Counted from the whole stretch's first letter, positions 39,761 through 52,233 are shown. The stretch: 63,164 bases of DNA, filler included, from Octopus bimaculoides (GCF_001194135.2; 5 parts of 5 records of this genome joined end to end with filler, not necessarily neighbours in it); one strand, 5' to 3'. Program-made: numbers and translations. The notes: a model not told the origin generated them from the letters alone.

Positions 39761-39868
39761 CGGAATCTTGGGGTTAGTCGCCCGCGATCTTAGCCATTAC
39801 TCCATATGCTCGTGGTTAAGAGCACGGGCTACTAACCCCAAGATTCCGAGTTCGATTCCAAGCAGTGA

Positions 39869-39913
<45 letters not shown>

Positions 39914-40105
39914 CAACAACAACAACAACATCGAAAAATACCTTAGGAATGAGAACCCCAGGTTTGAAATTTCCCCTAAAACACCTGATGAAGGCTGGAG
40001 AGTATATCAGCCGAAACGTTGTGTTAACAACATACGAGATGAGGACAAATATCTGTCAAATGTAAATAATGTAAATAATTCCTCATCTCTTAAATATAGA
40101 ACTGG
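39761..40105 (+). mobile_element. Family F element: inverted partial head, tRNA-like head, (AAT)n(AAC)n, hammerhead-bearing tail
   Basis: Minus head 39761-39809, plus head 39811-39872, tail 39930-40105. Confidence 0.88.
39980..40025 (+). ncRNA. Minimal type-I hammerhead ribozyme motif, core intact
   Basis: AACAC-CUGAUGA-A-GGCUG(GAGAGUAUAU)CAGCC-GAA-ACGU-U-GUGUU. Confidence 0.85.
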
Positions 40106-40419
40106 ATTTACTAGTTTCGAGTCATCAGGAACTTTCGCTCTTCTTTTACTGAAGGCCTTCCTTCCTATTTTGTGATTTCTAAGATAACAGTTTTTAACCT
40201 TTTCCTCCTCCAAGCAGAAGTTGGATGTCGGTGTCATTTGTCCTTGTTGTGGACGGATTTGTGTATTCAGTTAATGTTATTGTTTCGGTAGTTTTGGTAG
40301 GGTTTTTCTGTTTGTCTTCAGGTTTTGTTTTTGTGTGTTTTTGTTTCGTCTGTTTTCTTTTTCGTTAATGTTGGTGGCGGTGGTAGTAGTGACGGTGTAT
40401 TAGTGATGGTGCATCAGAG

Positions 40420-41420
40420 AGATTAGGTCCAGGATTTTTTCAGTTATTCAAGTTATATTTGGCGAAGAACCTTTATCGTGGTCCCAAACCAGCTCTCCTT
40501 CGTTTTCTTTACGCCCAGCAGGGTATCACTCTCCTTGAAAACTACCTAGGCAAGGACCCACCAAAGATTCAGTTCTGCTGGGACCTCCGGTGTCGTTAGC
40601 CCCAGCATCTTTCTTCCTAAATAAGTGGGAAAGAGATCGAAGTCTTTACTAAAGGCGGGCAACCAATAAGTGTTGTAGTGCGAGGGCTTCAGACTTAAAT
40701 AGGACTCCGACCCCATCGAACTGCTCTTCCCTGTATGTATGCCAGGTGTACTGCAATACATCGTGAAGGGACCTTTCTCCTTGTTTATTCGTAGCCATCT
40801 CCAGACGACTAATTTTTATCAATACAAAGCGATAAATAACTGTTTTTCTAGTACTTATAGTTTCAGGTAGGGACGCGAGAACTGCTCCTCTCCCCTTAAT
40901 TTTCTTAAATCGAACGGCGTCTTCCAGTTTGACCTGCTTCTCTACTACTGAGAGGCTGTACAACTCCTCCGTGGATGCTGTTCCTACGAAGGATACATTG
41001 CTGCTATTTCTGTTGTTGGTGTAGGTTGTAAAATAGTAACTCGTTAAAACCAACTATCCTCAATTTGGTCATGAAAAGTACTATGGCGGATACAAGCGGT
41101 CGAAGGACCTCAGGAGATACGCTACTTGATAGGGTGCGTAGCTCGGAGATCAGGGAGTCTCTCCACGTCGAACCAGTTCTCCGCATTGAGAGGTCCCAGC
41201 TCCGTTAATACGGACGTGTAATTAGAATGTCGCAAGGAAAGAATCGCGAGGAAAGAATCGCAAGACAGATTCTTCGAGCCGAGTCAACCGACAGGAGATC
41301 TAGGGGTAGATCAAGAACGTGAGAGTTGGATAGCATCCATTGTATCAGTTAGTTTGATGACGGTCGCTTTTGATAAGATCCTATGGAGGAAGTGTCTGAG
41401 AACCCTAACCCCACGACCCT
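40420..41420 (-). mobile_element. 5' UTR and decayed ORF1 of a non-LTR retrotransposon (possibly L1/Tx1-like)
   Basis: Three overlapping minus ORFs (41004-41186, 40649-41053, 40546-40761) joined by frameshifts give about 250 aa of complex protein-like sequence; family assignment by recognition only. Confidence 0.5.
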
Positions 41421-41469
41421 CCCACAAATAGAGGGTGTAGAAGATGGAAGGATGGATAAAACATATTCA

Positions 41470-41900
41470 ATCTAAAGACCATAAGTTTCCATGTAATTGT
41501 AGACTCAGGGATAATTGTCCATTCAAAAGATATTGTCAGCTAAAAAATATATGCAGTTTACAAGTACACAGTTCGAACCTATAATACTCCAAAATTTTAT
41601 ATAGTCCCTTCTGCGACTGTTTTTAAAGGTTTTATTTGGAATGCCATTAATTTTCTAATGAAATACTCAAGTATTCAGCTTCTCTCTGGAAATATATTTT
41701 TAATCTAAAATCTAAGGGTGTAATTCATAATTTAAAATGGTCTCTGACATTTTGTCAAAACTATACAAACGAGATTTAAAAAATTGTCCTCTATGTTCAG
41801 ATGAAACACAACAGAATTAAAAACTCATAGCAACTGGCTGATCATGTAACTGTTAGTCACCGTAGACATTTAAAATTTGGGGCTTTTCCGAATTAACGAA
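41470..41900 (+). mobile_element. Naiad-like PLE GIY-YIG fragment
   Basis: PCNCRLRDNCPFKRYC...VYKYTV...SASLWKYIFNLKSK...LKWSL...CPLC...HRRHLKF. Confidence 0.85.
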
Positions 41901-43407
41901 GGAGGTAGGGAAAAAAAGGAGAAATAGAATTAGTGTTCAAGAAATAACGATAACAAAATAGATATAAATTTTAAGCCATGATCAGAATAACAACAATGGA
42001 AATCAGACTAATTTTGAAACTGCCGATATGAGATAATTCAGAGGCGATAGAATTATTGTTTTTCTACTATAACTAATCTATTTTATTCTAATCCATTTTC
42101 ACTCATTGTAATCAGTTATTTAAATTTGCTATCATCTAATTTTATTCTATTTTAAAGTTTTATTTTAAAAATTTGTTAAGTGCGTATTCTCGTCTATATC
42201 TTAATATATAAATGGATATATATATGTATACATATATACATATATATACTTATATATATATATATGTATGTATATATATACATATATTTTTGTGAGTCTA
42301 TTTGTGTGTGCGTGTGTATATGTGTGTTTATATATATATATATATATATATATTACTTTTAGAAGAACTTCCAGAAGAACAGGTATTTCTAATGAAATTT
42401 TCAACAAATAACTTTCAGATGGTGAAAATGGCGATTTCACCGATTTCTAATGTGGAAAAACAAATGGGGGGGGGGGGGTAGCGTGGATATTTCATGCATC
42501 TCGACTTTGTTTCCTCATATGCCTTGATAATTCAATATCCCTCCATTTGGAACATCTTTATACACTGTTGTTGTTCTTGTTGTTCTTGTTGCTGTTTCCT
42601 CATACAAGTTGACACAGTTTCTGGAATGTCAGCTCATCCACTGCCCTTCTGGCAAATAAAGAAACAATTGTAACTGAAAGCAGTAGTAGTAGTAGTAGTT
42701 ACAACATCCTTTCCCAGTACCACCACAACAACATCAATAACAACAACACCATGTAAGGTAATGAGGTCTTGTATTCCCTAAAGATATGACAAAGATGGGA
42801 TATTGACGACGGAAATCACTTTCATCTCCGAACTGTTGGTCGGAGCTAAAATTGAAAGCTAAACAACAACAGCCACATCCCCACCACCACCACCACCACA
42901 ACAACAACAACAACAACCATCAACACCACCACCACCACCACCACCATCACCACCACCACCACCACTACCACAACCCCCACCACCACCACCACGACGTTGC
43001 AGTAATTCTCAATGTAGAGAAATTACATATTAATTAATATAGTGTAATATAGACATCTTTAATTAATATAGTGTAATAAATATGGACGTCCTTAATTAGC
43101 AGAATGGTTTCTAATTTAAGCAGAAGGCCAGAAATTGTGACGGGAAAGGATTTAATTGAATTCATTGAACCCAGTAGATGACTGGTACTTTATATTATTG
43201 GACCCTAGTGTGTGTTAATGTCTCCTTTTCCTCAGACCAGTTTCCAATCAATTCACACATCCATTCATTTGTTCTGATAGAGAAGAAACTCGATTCCGTT
43301 TGGGACGAATTTCTGCCTCTTCAACACAACCATCGCTTCTTCGTAGATATCCAAATTGAACCAACGCTTAAACAACTGTCTTTTACATGGTCCGATTTAA
43401 TCTCACC

Positions 43408-43615
43408 AAGGCGGCGAGCTGGCTGAATCGTTAGCGCGCCGGGCGAAATGCCTAGCATCATTCGTCTGCCGCTACGTCCTGAGTTCAAATTCTGCCGAGG
43501 TCATCTTTACCTTTCATCCTTTCCAGGTCGATAAAATAAGTACCAGTTGCGCACTGGGGTCGATGCAATCGACTTACTGCCTCCTCCCGAATTGCTGACC
43601 TTGGGCCAAAAGTTT
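43408..43615 (+). mobile_element. SINE family B
   Basis: AAGGCGGCGAGCTGGCTGAATCGTTAGC...GAGTTCAAATTCTGCCGAGGTC...GGGGTCGATGCAATCGACTT. Confidence 0.93.
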
Positions 43616-43662
43616 AAAAAAACTATATTTAGTTTTATCAAATTACATATATGTATTATATG

Positions 43663-43726
<64 letters not shown>

Positions 43727-44487
43727 CACACAATAGGAGATGAGAGCTGGGTATGATCAGTATAGAAAATTATTACTACCTCCTGTATATATATATATAT
43801 ATATATTTATGTGCATCTTCCTCNNNNNNNNNNNNNNNNNNNNNNNNNNNNNNNNNNNNNNNNNNNNNNNNNNNNNNNNNNNNNNNNNNNNNNNNNNNNN
43901 NNNNNNNNNNNNNNNNNNNNNNNNNNNNNNNNNNNNNNNNNNNNNNNNNNNNNNNNNNNNNNNNNNNNNNNNNNNNNNNNNNNNNNNNNNNNNNNNNNNN
44001 NNNNNNNNNNNNNNNNNNNNNNNNNNNNNNNNNNNNNNNNNNNNNNNNNNNNNNNNNNNNNNNNNNNNNNNNNNNNNNNNNNNNNNNNNNNNNNNNNNNN
44101 NNNNNNNNNNNNNNNNNNNNNNNNNNNNNNNNNNNNNNNNNNNNNNNNNNNNNNNNNNNNNNNNNNNNNNNNNNNNNNNNNNNNNNNNNNNNNNNNNNNN
44201 NNNNNNNNNNNNNNNNNNNNNNNNNNNNNNNNNNNNNNNNNNNNNNNNNNNNNNNNNNNNNNNNNNNNNNNNNNNNNNNNNNNNNNNNNNNNNNNNNNNN
44301 NNNNNNNNNNNNNNNNNNNNTTTTTATCTTCTCCGTTACCTGGAAGCAATGGCGAATTTGTAAAACGAAGAAAGTGAAAAGAAAACACCTCCTCCATTTC
44401 CTTCTTAAAACGTAAAATAATATAAATTCAATAACGAGAATTTATGAATTTAATTCAATTATTTCTGTTTTACATACATACATGTGT

Positions 44488-44523
<36 letters not shown>

Positions 44524-45086
44524 GTGTGTGAGTGTGTGTGTGCGTGCGTGTGTGTGTGCGTGTGTATTCATTCCAGCAGTGAGAAAGTCTAGAAGCTTTT
44601 CGTACTTAAATGTCGAAAGTTTAAAATTTCGCTGCGAGGTATTCACTGATGTGCCTCTGAGCAACTCCTGTTGCAGTTCCTCTTCAATCAGGTTAAAAAG
44701 GAATAAGAAGCGAAATTGAATAAAAACCATCGATTTTAATGCAAGCCATGTTTGGATTTATGGAAGCTGGGCGTCTTTGTAATTTAAACAATCTGATCTG
44801 AGATTTAAATTTTTACCAAGATGACAAGGTGGATTTAGGTTGAAGTTTACGATTTACAACCCTCAGGCTCTCAACTTTGGTTCTTGATGAAAACTAATTT
44901 TATATTTGTGTGCATGCATCTACATATATATATATACATACACGCGTACACCTGCTTGTATTTACATATATGCATACATACGTACGTATGCATTTTTCCA
45001 AATATGTATGTACACGTTCGTCTATAAATATAATAGCTTTCACTTTGTTAATATTCATATCTATGTACCTGTATGTGTGCATAAAC

Positions 45087-45146
<60 letters not shown>

Positions 45147-45732
45147 AGTTTAGGACAATCAGTAAGTTGTCATAATAGTACTCAGTTTCAAATGCCGGAG
45201 CTAAGAGCTACGATGCATTCTAATCGGCTATTAATGGCAATAAAGGCTATAAAAAAATACCGTTGAATAAAATGGAAGTTAATAGGTAGGAAAAGTATAA
45301 AAGATAAAAAATACACGCAACCATATTCTCTTAATACATAGACATAAAACCTCCTGCGTTCATAACGTCTACATACGTTCACACTCACACAAACATGTAT
45401 AGGTACATGCCCATACACACACAAACATATATGTGCATTTACGTACTCATACACATATCCACGCACACATGCACGCACTAGTATATATATATGTGTGTGT
45501 GTGTGTGTGCACGAAACTTCATCCTTGTATACACATAGGTGTATGCCTGCATACACATATATATAAACATTTATGCATGCAAATATGCGTATATCTATAT
45601 ACGTACGTAGACGTTATGAACGCAGGAGGTTATTTACACCGGTAGTTATAACGGATATTCTTATCCCTTAGCTGGTTACTCCAACCGTTAACTCTACTTA
45701 CCTTTGGCATATATATATATATATATACATGA

Positions 45733-46022
45733 AGGGTATAGCTCAGTGGTTAAGGATGTTGCACTCACGATCACAAGATTGTGATTTCGATTCCTGGACT
45801 AGGTGATGCGTTGTGTTCTTGAGCAAACACTTCATTTCCCGTTGCTCAAATCCACTCAGCTGTGAACGGGTCACTCTGTACCCGACTACCCTCCTGACCA
45901 GGGCTGGATGTTGGCCTGTTCTCCTACCCAGTTGCTGAGTGGCATCATTCAAAAGCTAAAACGATGTCAAGTGCATTGTGTCCAGCGATGTATAACAACA
46001 TCCGATAATCTGAGCGATACCA

Positions 46023-46027
<5 letters not shown>
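45733..46027 (+). mobile_element. SINE family C
   Basis: GGTATAGCTCAGTGGTTAAGG (A box)...TTTCGATTCC (B box)...TGTTCTTGAGCAAACACTT. Confidence 0.88.
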
Positions 46028-46059
<32 letters not shown>

Positions 46060-46081
46060 TCTATAATTATATACATAATTA

Positions 46082-46504
46082 GGCGTAGGAGTGGCTGTGT
46101 GGTAAGTAGCTTGCTTACCAACCACATGGTTCCGGGTTCAGTCCCACTGCGTGGCACCTTGGGCAAGTGTCTTCTACAATAGCCTCGGGCCGGTCAAAGC
46201 CTTGTGAGTGGATTTGGTAGACGGAAACTGAAGGAGCCCGTCGTATATATGTATATATATATATGTGTGTGTGTGTGTGTATATGCATGTGTGCTTGTGT
46301 GTCTATGTTTGTCCCCCCACCATCGCTTGACAACCGATGCTGGTGTGGTTACGTCTCCGTAACATAGCGGTTCGACAAAAGAGATCGATAGAAAAAGTAC
46401 TAGGCTTACAAAGAATAAGTACTGGGGTCGATTTGCTCGACTAAAAGGCGGTACCCCAGCATGGCCGCAGTCAAATGACTGAAACAAGTAAAAGAGTAAG
46501 AGAG
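46082..46504 (+). mobile_element. SINE family A, full length, with internal (TA)n(TG)n
   Basis: Near-identical to 62224-62630. Confidence 0.95.
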
Positions 46505-46658
46505 TATAATTATAATCAGGAGTCAGCTAAGTGCCTCACCACGTACTGAATTAGAAATAGACGCTAAAAAATCTCCGAGACAATAAGACACTTTTTTATG
46601 TAGCCAAAAAGAAAAATGATAAATCCACACGACTTTAATTAATTAATTAATTTTACCC

Positions 46659-46706
<48 letters not shown>

Positions 46707-46713
<7 letters not shown>

Positions 46714-47005
46714 TTGCAGCGTGGAAGGTGTTTATAAGCCATTTAAGAAACACACAAAAACCGTTAGATTCACTTCAACATTTAAATTTAATTTGCCATG
46801 TATGTACATGTATGTGCGTATGCATACGCAAATACATACGTACATATATGTGCGTATGCATACACACATACATACGTACATATATATCATGAACTAACTG
46901 TTACTTTCTCAGATGCAGCACGGAATTTTGTCAGTGAACAGGTCGCGGTCTCAAAACGACGAAAATATTTTGGCAAATTAAATTTAAATGCTGAAGTGAA
47001 TCTAA
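46707..47005. mobile_element. Inverted pair of pLTR-like pieces (minus 46707-46798, plus about 46890-47005)
   Basis: TGGCAAATTAAATTTAAATG(C/T)TGAAGTGAATCTAA on opposite strands. Confidence 0.8.
46927..46977 (+). ncRNA. Minimal hammerhead motif with G3:C8 core swap
   Basis: UUUGUCA-GUGAACA-G-GUCG(CGGUCUCAAAA)CGAC-GAA-AAUAUU-U-UGGCAAA. Confidence 0.75.
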
Positions 47006-47143
47006 AAAATGTTGAAAAGAAATGGTGATTTTAACACAGAGCATTCAATTATTAAACATTCATAATTGGAATGAATAAATATAATTGAATATTAAGTATT
47101 TATGGAATTTTGATTTACTGTCGGGTGACTTTTGGCCAACCCT
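47006..47143 (+). mobile_element. Right end of a Tc1/mariner element
   Basis: GGGTGACTTTGGCCAACCC + TA, mariner-type TIR. Confidence 0.6.
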
Positions 47144-47499
47144 ATATATAAGTATGTATATATATACATAAATATATATAGATTCAGATGAATATGGTAC
47201 TTAAGTTGAGGCACCAGAATTTAGTACGGTATTATCCATAAAATTTTAAAGTAAGGTGATTAAAATCAAAATAAGCAACAAGGATATCCAGAGGTAATGC
47301 AGTACGATCGTTTCATGCAACTCCATTTAATTGAACAATGCAATCATTACATCAATTTAAAATGCAGAGCAATCCTCAGCTGCACAAAGAGACAGAATTG
47401 AATTAAATTAGAACAGATGGACAGATTAATATAATTATACCGAAAAATCTCCAAGAAGTTAAGGAGATAGACAAAGAACATGCTGGCTTCATTCCAGCA

Positions 47500-48830
47500 T
47501 AGACGTTACTAAGTTATCAATCAAGAAGATATACATTGTTACAGACAATGTCATGCGCTGATACATCATATAACTCTTCACCGAACAATCCCATCCCGAT
47601 TTTTGCTGTCATCGATATATTGGAAGTCGAAAAAGTCAAATTACATATTTTTATTGGTCGGTCTGTTTTCGTATGTATCTGCACGTGTCTAACTCCGCTC
47701 TGCAATTCAATGTAGCTGCTCTGATTCCTACTGAAATGTGACTCCACATCCTCGCCTCTGTGTATCGCCTTGTTCGCTGTTTTTATATATGTTTTTTGAA
47801 TATTTGTTGTTGTTGGAATACTATGACATGGCCTTGTAAAAGTGTTCTGCTATTCTGAAGTGCAACTACAATTTGGTGGATCCAATAAGTATGTCGTCAC
47901 ATTAGTAGGATAATTTATAAACAACATTGCTTACTAAGCATAATGATTGACCATTGTGTGTTGGTTCTTTCTCTTATCTGGTTGGACAAAGGTCAATGTG
48001 ACCGCATTCTTATGTGTTTTAATTATGTCTATCGGAAAGAGAAAAAGACATATTTTGTCCAAGATTGTGGCCACACCTTGTCATTCTGCATTCCAAAGTA
48101 TGGCAGGTAAATCCAGTTTTAACAATTCTTTTTATATTTTGCTACCATCCACCCGGATGGTGCCAATGCCGTCTGTTATGTTTGTCAACGTGTGCCTTAT
48201 GGTGGATGGGAAATAGCTTCATGGAATGTGGTCCATGGCTCCGAACAGATTCCATTTTTCCTGTTTTCCTCACAAAACTTCTCCGCGTAACCTCGCTGCA
48301 TTTGATCATTCATCAGGACAGTTCATTCGTTGCTGTAAGGTATTTGAAGCATGGTGGATGTGCAGTATCTGCGTGGAAAAAATGTCATTTGATTTCTTGT
48401 AGAACTGGACTTAGATTCGCCAAGAAAGTCCGTGGGAGATGAACTGGTTTAGGGAGTCCTCTGATGGTAAAATATTTAATATCTGACTTGATAATGTGAA
48501 TAACATGGAAGGTCGCTTGGAATTAACGGCTTTGTCTCTGGAATTGGTCGGCCCAAGACCACCATCCATTTATCTCTGTTGTGATATGTCGTGTGAAGTG
48601 CAGTGCTCTACGTTCCAGATGGTCCACTGCTAGGATGAAGGATGACCAGGGTTCCAGTAAGTCTGAGTTCCATCAGAATATCAACAGACACCCACAGTGT
48701 TTTTTTTAACAGATTGGACGTGTTGCCTGGAAGAACATCAGCAGGCAACGGAGGTTTATCGAAAGAAAGTCCAGCTGAAGAGTTTTGTACCTCTCCAGGC
48801 ATTGACGAACTGGTTGACTAGTTTCTGCTG
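47500..48830 (-). mobile_element. Heavily decayed non-LTR retrotransposon remnant (R2/NeSL-like)
   Basis: Minus-strand DGGLG thumb motif near 48550, QGV motif near 48075, RRGCG knuckle remnant near 47750; many stops. Confidence 0.45.
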
Positions 48831-48927
48831 GTAGTATGTTGGTGTACCTGGTGATATTCTATTAGTTACCCTGAGGGTGGAGAGATGGGACTTGCGACGA
48901 ACAGGCTAATTTTTAATCGTATTAATT

Positions 48928-49143
48928 AATTCTTTCTACTATAGACACAAGGCCTGAAATTTAGGGGAGGGGGGATAGTCGATTACATCGACTCCAGTAC
49001 TTAACTGGTACTTAATTTATCGACCCAGAAAGGATGAATGGTAAAGTCGACCTCGGCGGAATTTGAACTCAGAACTTAGCGACAGACGAAATACCGCTCA
49101 GCACTTCGCCCGGCGCGCTAACCACTCTGCCAGCTCGCCGCCT
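48928..49143 (-). mobile_element. SINE family B, full length
   Basis: Reverse complement of 43408. Confidence 0.94.
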
Positions 49144-49189
49144 TAGTCGTAATAAATGTTATTACATACATTTATATATAAACTTACGG

Positions 49190-49380
49190 GACCTCACATG
49201 GCCTGGTGGTTAGTGTGTTGCACTTACGATCGCGAGATCGTGGTTCCAATTCCTAGACCGAGCGGTACGTTGTGTTCTTGAGCAAAAAAACTTCACCTCA
49301 CGTTGTTCTGCAATTACTTCGACACTTGACGCGTGGCACACCTGTGCACCTGTTCAAGCAATCATCTATTTGATGGAGAG
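49190..49380 (+). mobile_element. SINE family C head and body
   Basis: TGGCCTGGTGGTTAG...GGTTCCAATTCC...TGTGTTCTTGAGCAAAA. Confidence 0.8.
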
Positions 49381-49578
49381 AGAGTGCGGCACGAACATTA
49401 GATCTCTTATAAAGTGATACGAGGACAGAATGTGGAATCCACTTTCTCTAATGGCAGAACAATCCAAACCATCAATTATCTGTTGGTTTGTCCATTACTG
49501 AATTATTCTTCGGATGATTCAAGGAATAGCATATAAAATACACAAAATTTGAGTAAAAAGATGGAAATATTTGCTACG

Positions 49579-49647
<69 letters not shown>

Positions 49648-50466
49648 NNNNNNNNNNNNNNNNNNNNNNNNNNNNNNNNNNNNNNNNNNNNNNNNNNNNN
49701 NNNNNNNNNNNNNNNNNNNNNNNNNNNNNNNNNNNNNNNNNNNNNNNNNNNNNNNNNNNNNNNNNNNNNNNNNNNNNNNNNNNNNNNNNNNNNNNNNNNN
49801 NNNNNNNNNNNNNNNNNNNNNNNNNNNNNNNNNNNNNNNNNNNNNNNNNNNNNNNNNNNNNNNNNNNNNNNNNNNNNNNNNNNNNNNNNNNNNNNNNNNN
49901 NNNNNNNNNNNNNNNNNNNNNNNNNNNNNNNNNNNNNNNNNNNNNNNNNNNNNNNNNNNNNNNNNNNNNNNNNNNNNNNNNNNNNNNNNNNNNNNNNNNN
50001 NNNNNNNNNNNNNNNNNNNNNNNNNNNNNNNNNNNNNNNNNNNNNNNNNNNNNNNNNNNNNNNNNNNNNNNNNNNNNNNNNNNNNNNNNNNNNNNNNNNN
50101 NNNNNNNNNNNNNNNNNNNNNNNNNNNNNNNNNNNNNNNNNNNNNNNNNNNNNNNNNNNNNNNNNNNNNNNNNNNNNNNNNNNNNNNNNNNNNNNNNNNN
50201 NNNNNNNNNNNNNNNNNNNNNNNNNNNNNNNNNNNNNNNNNNNNNNNNNNNNNNNNNNNNNNNNNNNNNNNNNNNNNNNNNNNNNNNNNNNNNNNNNNNN
50301 NNNNNNNNNNNNNNNNNNNNNNNNNNNNNNNNNNNNNNNNNNNNNNNNNNNNNNNNNNNNNNNNNNNNNNNNNNNNNNNNNNNNNNNNNNNNNNNNNNNN
50401 NNNNNNNNNNNNNNNNNNNNNNNNNNNNNNNNNNNNGGGGGAAGAAACATAGATACGATTAACACT

Positions 50467-50499
<33 letters not shown>

Positions 50500-50503
<4 letters not shown>

Positions 50504-50675
50504 GGCAGGCTTCTTTCCGTTTCCGTCTACCAAATCCACTCACACCGCTTTGGTCTGCCCGAGGCTATAGTAGAAGACACTTCCCCAAGATGCCACGCAG
50601 TGGGACTAAACCCGGGACCATGTGGTTGGGAACTGGGAAGCAAGCCTCTTACCACACAGCTACTCCTGCGCCTAT
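50500..50675 (-). mobile_element. SINE family A 5' half
   Basis: Reverse complement of 46082-46245. Confidence 0.92.
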
Positions 50676-50684
50676 TTGTTGTTG

Positions 50685-50800
50685 TTGGCACTCCGTCGCT
50701 TACGACGACGAGGGTTCCAGTCGACCCGATCAACGGAACAGCCTGCTCGTGAAATTAACGTGCAAGTGGCTGAGCACTCCACAGACACGTGTACCCTTAA
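50685..50800 (-). mobile_element. SINE family D tail
   Basis: Matches 34404-34520. Confidence 0.92.
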
Positions 50801-51059
50801 CGGAAGAGAGATGTTGCTAGACCGGCTTTGTTAATTCTCCACCAATTAACTTTCTTTTCGGAACATTTATCCTGACCAAATTCCTTCCTTGTCTCCTTTA
50901 ATGACGACGTTTACAGGTCTGACTCCTTCTTCGTGCCATGCGTATTGTGACATACTTTCAGATCGTCCAGAAAGGAGATACATATGACGCCGGTGTTTCT
51001 CTCCCCCTTCGACTGAATCACGTTTCTTAATAAAGAAAAAACGATGAAGGATTCGTATA

Positions 51060-51195
51060 TAAACAGCTGGTTGGACTGGAGCAACGTGAAATAAAGTGTT
51101 TTGCTACAGAACACCACGTGCTGCCCGGTCCAGGAGTCGAACTCATGATCTAGCGATCGTGAGTGCAACAAACTAACCACTGTGCCTCACGCCTT
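51060..51195 (-). mobile_element. SINE family C head
   Basis: CTGGAGCAACGTGAAATAAAGTG...GGAGTCGAACTC...CTAACCAC. Confidence 0.85.
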
Positions 51196-51709
51196 CACGC
51201 TTTGTGTACACACGTTTATTTCCGTGGCAGAAGAAAACATGCATATCTGAACGGTTTCACGGGGAAGACTGTTTCCTTGAAAGATACCTCAGTGGTATTT
51301 TACCCTATGGTTGCCATGGTTGGTGGCCCAGGGTAAAATCAGGTTGTTTATGGCCTTGAAAATGGTATCTGGAACTTTAGTTTGTCAGGGGGATGCAAGT
51401 ATCCACGAGTGTGAAACAGACTCCGATACTTTCCTGGAAGCCAGCCGTCTGTGACATATTTCCTCATATGCCACCGCACCTCTATCAACGCAGATTTTTC
51501 ATGATCAAAATTCGTTCAGCCCTTCCCCCAAACCTCTTTCATCCCAGCTGTGATGACGCCATCGTGAACTTGGAAGATTACGCTCAGAAAGGTTGTCAAC
51601 ATTTTATAAAATTTCATTCTGATATGCCGTTGGCCCGGTTTCGCCATATGACTGGCATTGTTTTCTTGTATGTATGTATGCGTGTAAATATATGCGTGTG
51701 CATATAATA

Positions 51710-51758
<49 letters not shown>

Positions 51759-52158
51759 GTACAGGACGTTGCAAAACGTAAACAACATGAAATACGAAAT
51801 ACGAAAATAACACGAAATACGAAGACAAACTTTTTTAATTACTGATATGACCTAATATGTCACATGTCTTTGTATATTGTTATTATTGTCCTTTTAGTAA
51901 ACAAATAAACAAGTAAATTGATATAATACAATGTCTGCAAGTTGATGAATACCACCTGTAAATCCCTTCAATTTTCTTATTGCTATATAAATTAATGGTA
52001 AAATAACTTTTTACCCGCACCCATTTATTGCACTTGGTAATGTAATTGCCATGCAATGAAAAAACACGAGTGTAATAATAATTGGGTATTCTTCCAGCAG
52101 TATATTGGATAGATATTCTTCCTTAGTGGGTTGGATTCACAACCCCTAACTTTCTTGA

Positions 52159-52233
<75 letters not shown>

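Noticed and set aside
42750-44700. Protein-like short stretches after acceptor-like sites (SDQQFGDESDFRRQYPIF, GNGEDK, LIEEELQQELLRG)
   Set aside because: No matching strong donor and no recognisable homology; one runs into a gap.
38374-45170. Other AG...GTAAGT pairs (near 38396 and 45161)
   Set aside because: Weak acceptors; they show how often such pairs occur by chance, which limits confidence in the reported micro-exons.
51296-51340. 43-nt hairpin ATTTTACCCT...AGGGTAAAAT as a pre-miRNA
   Set aside because: The stem of about 18 bp is too short and flank pairing is poor.
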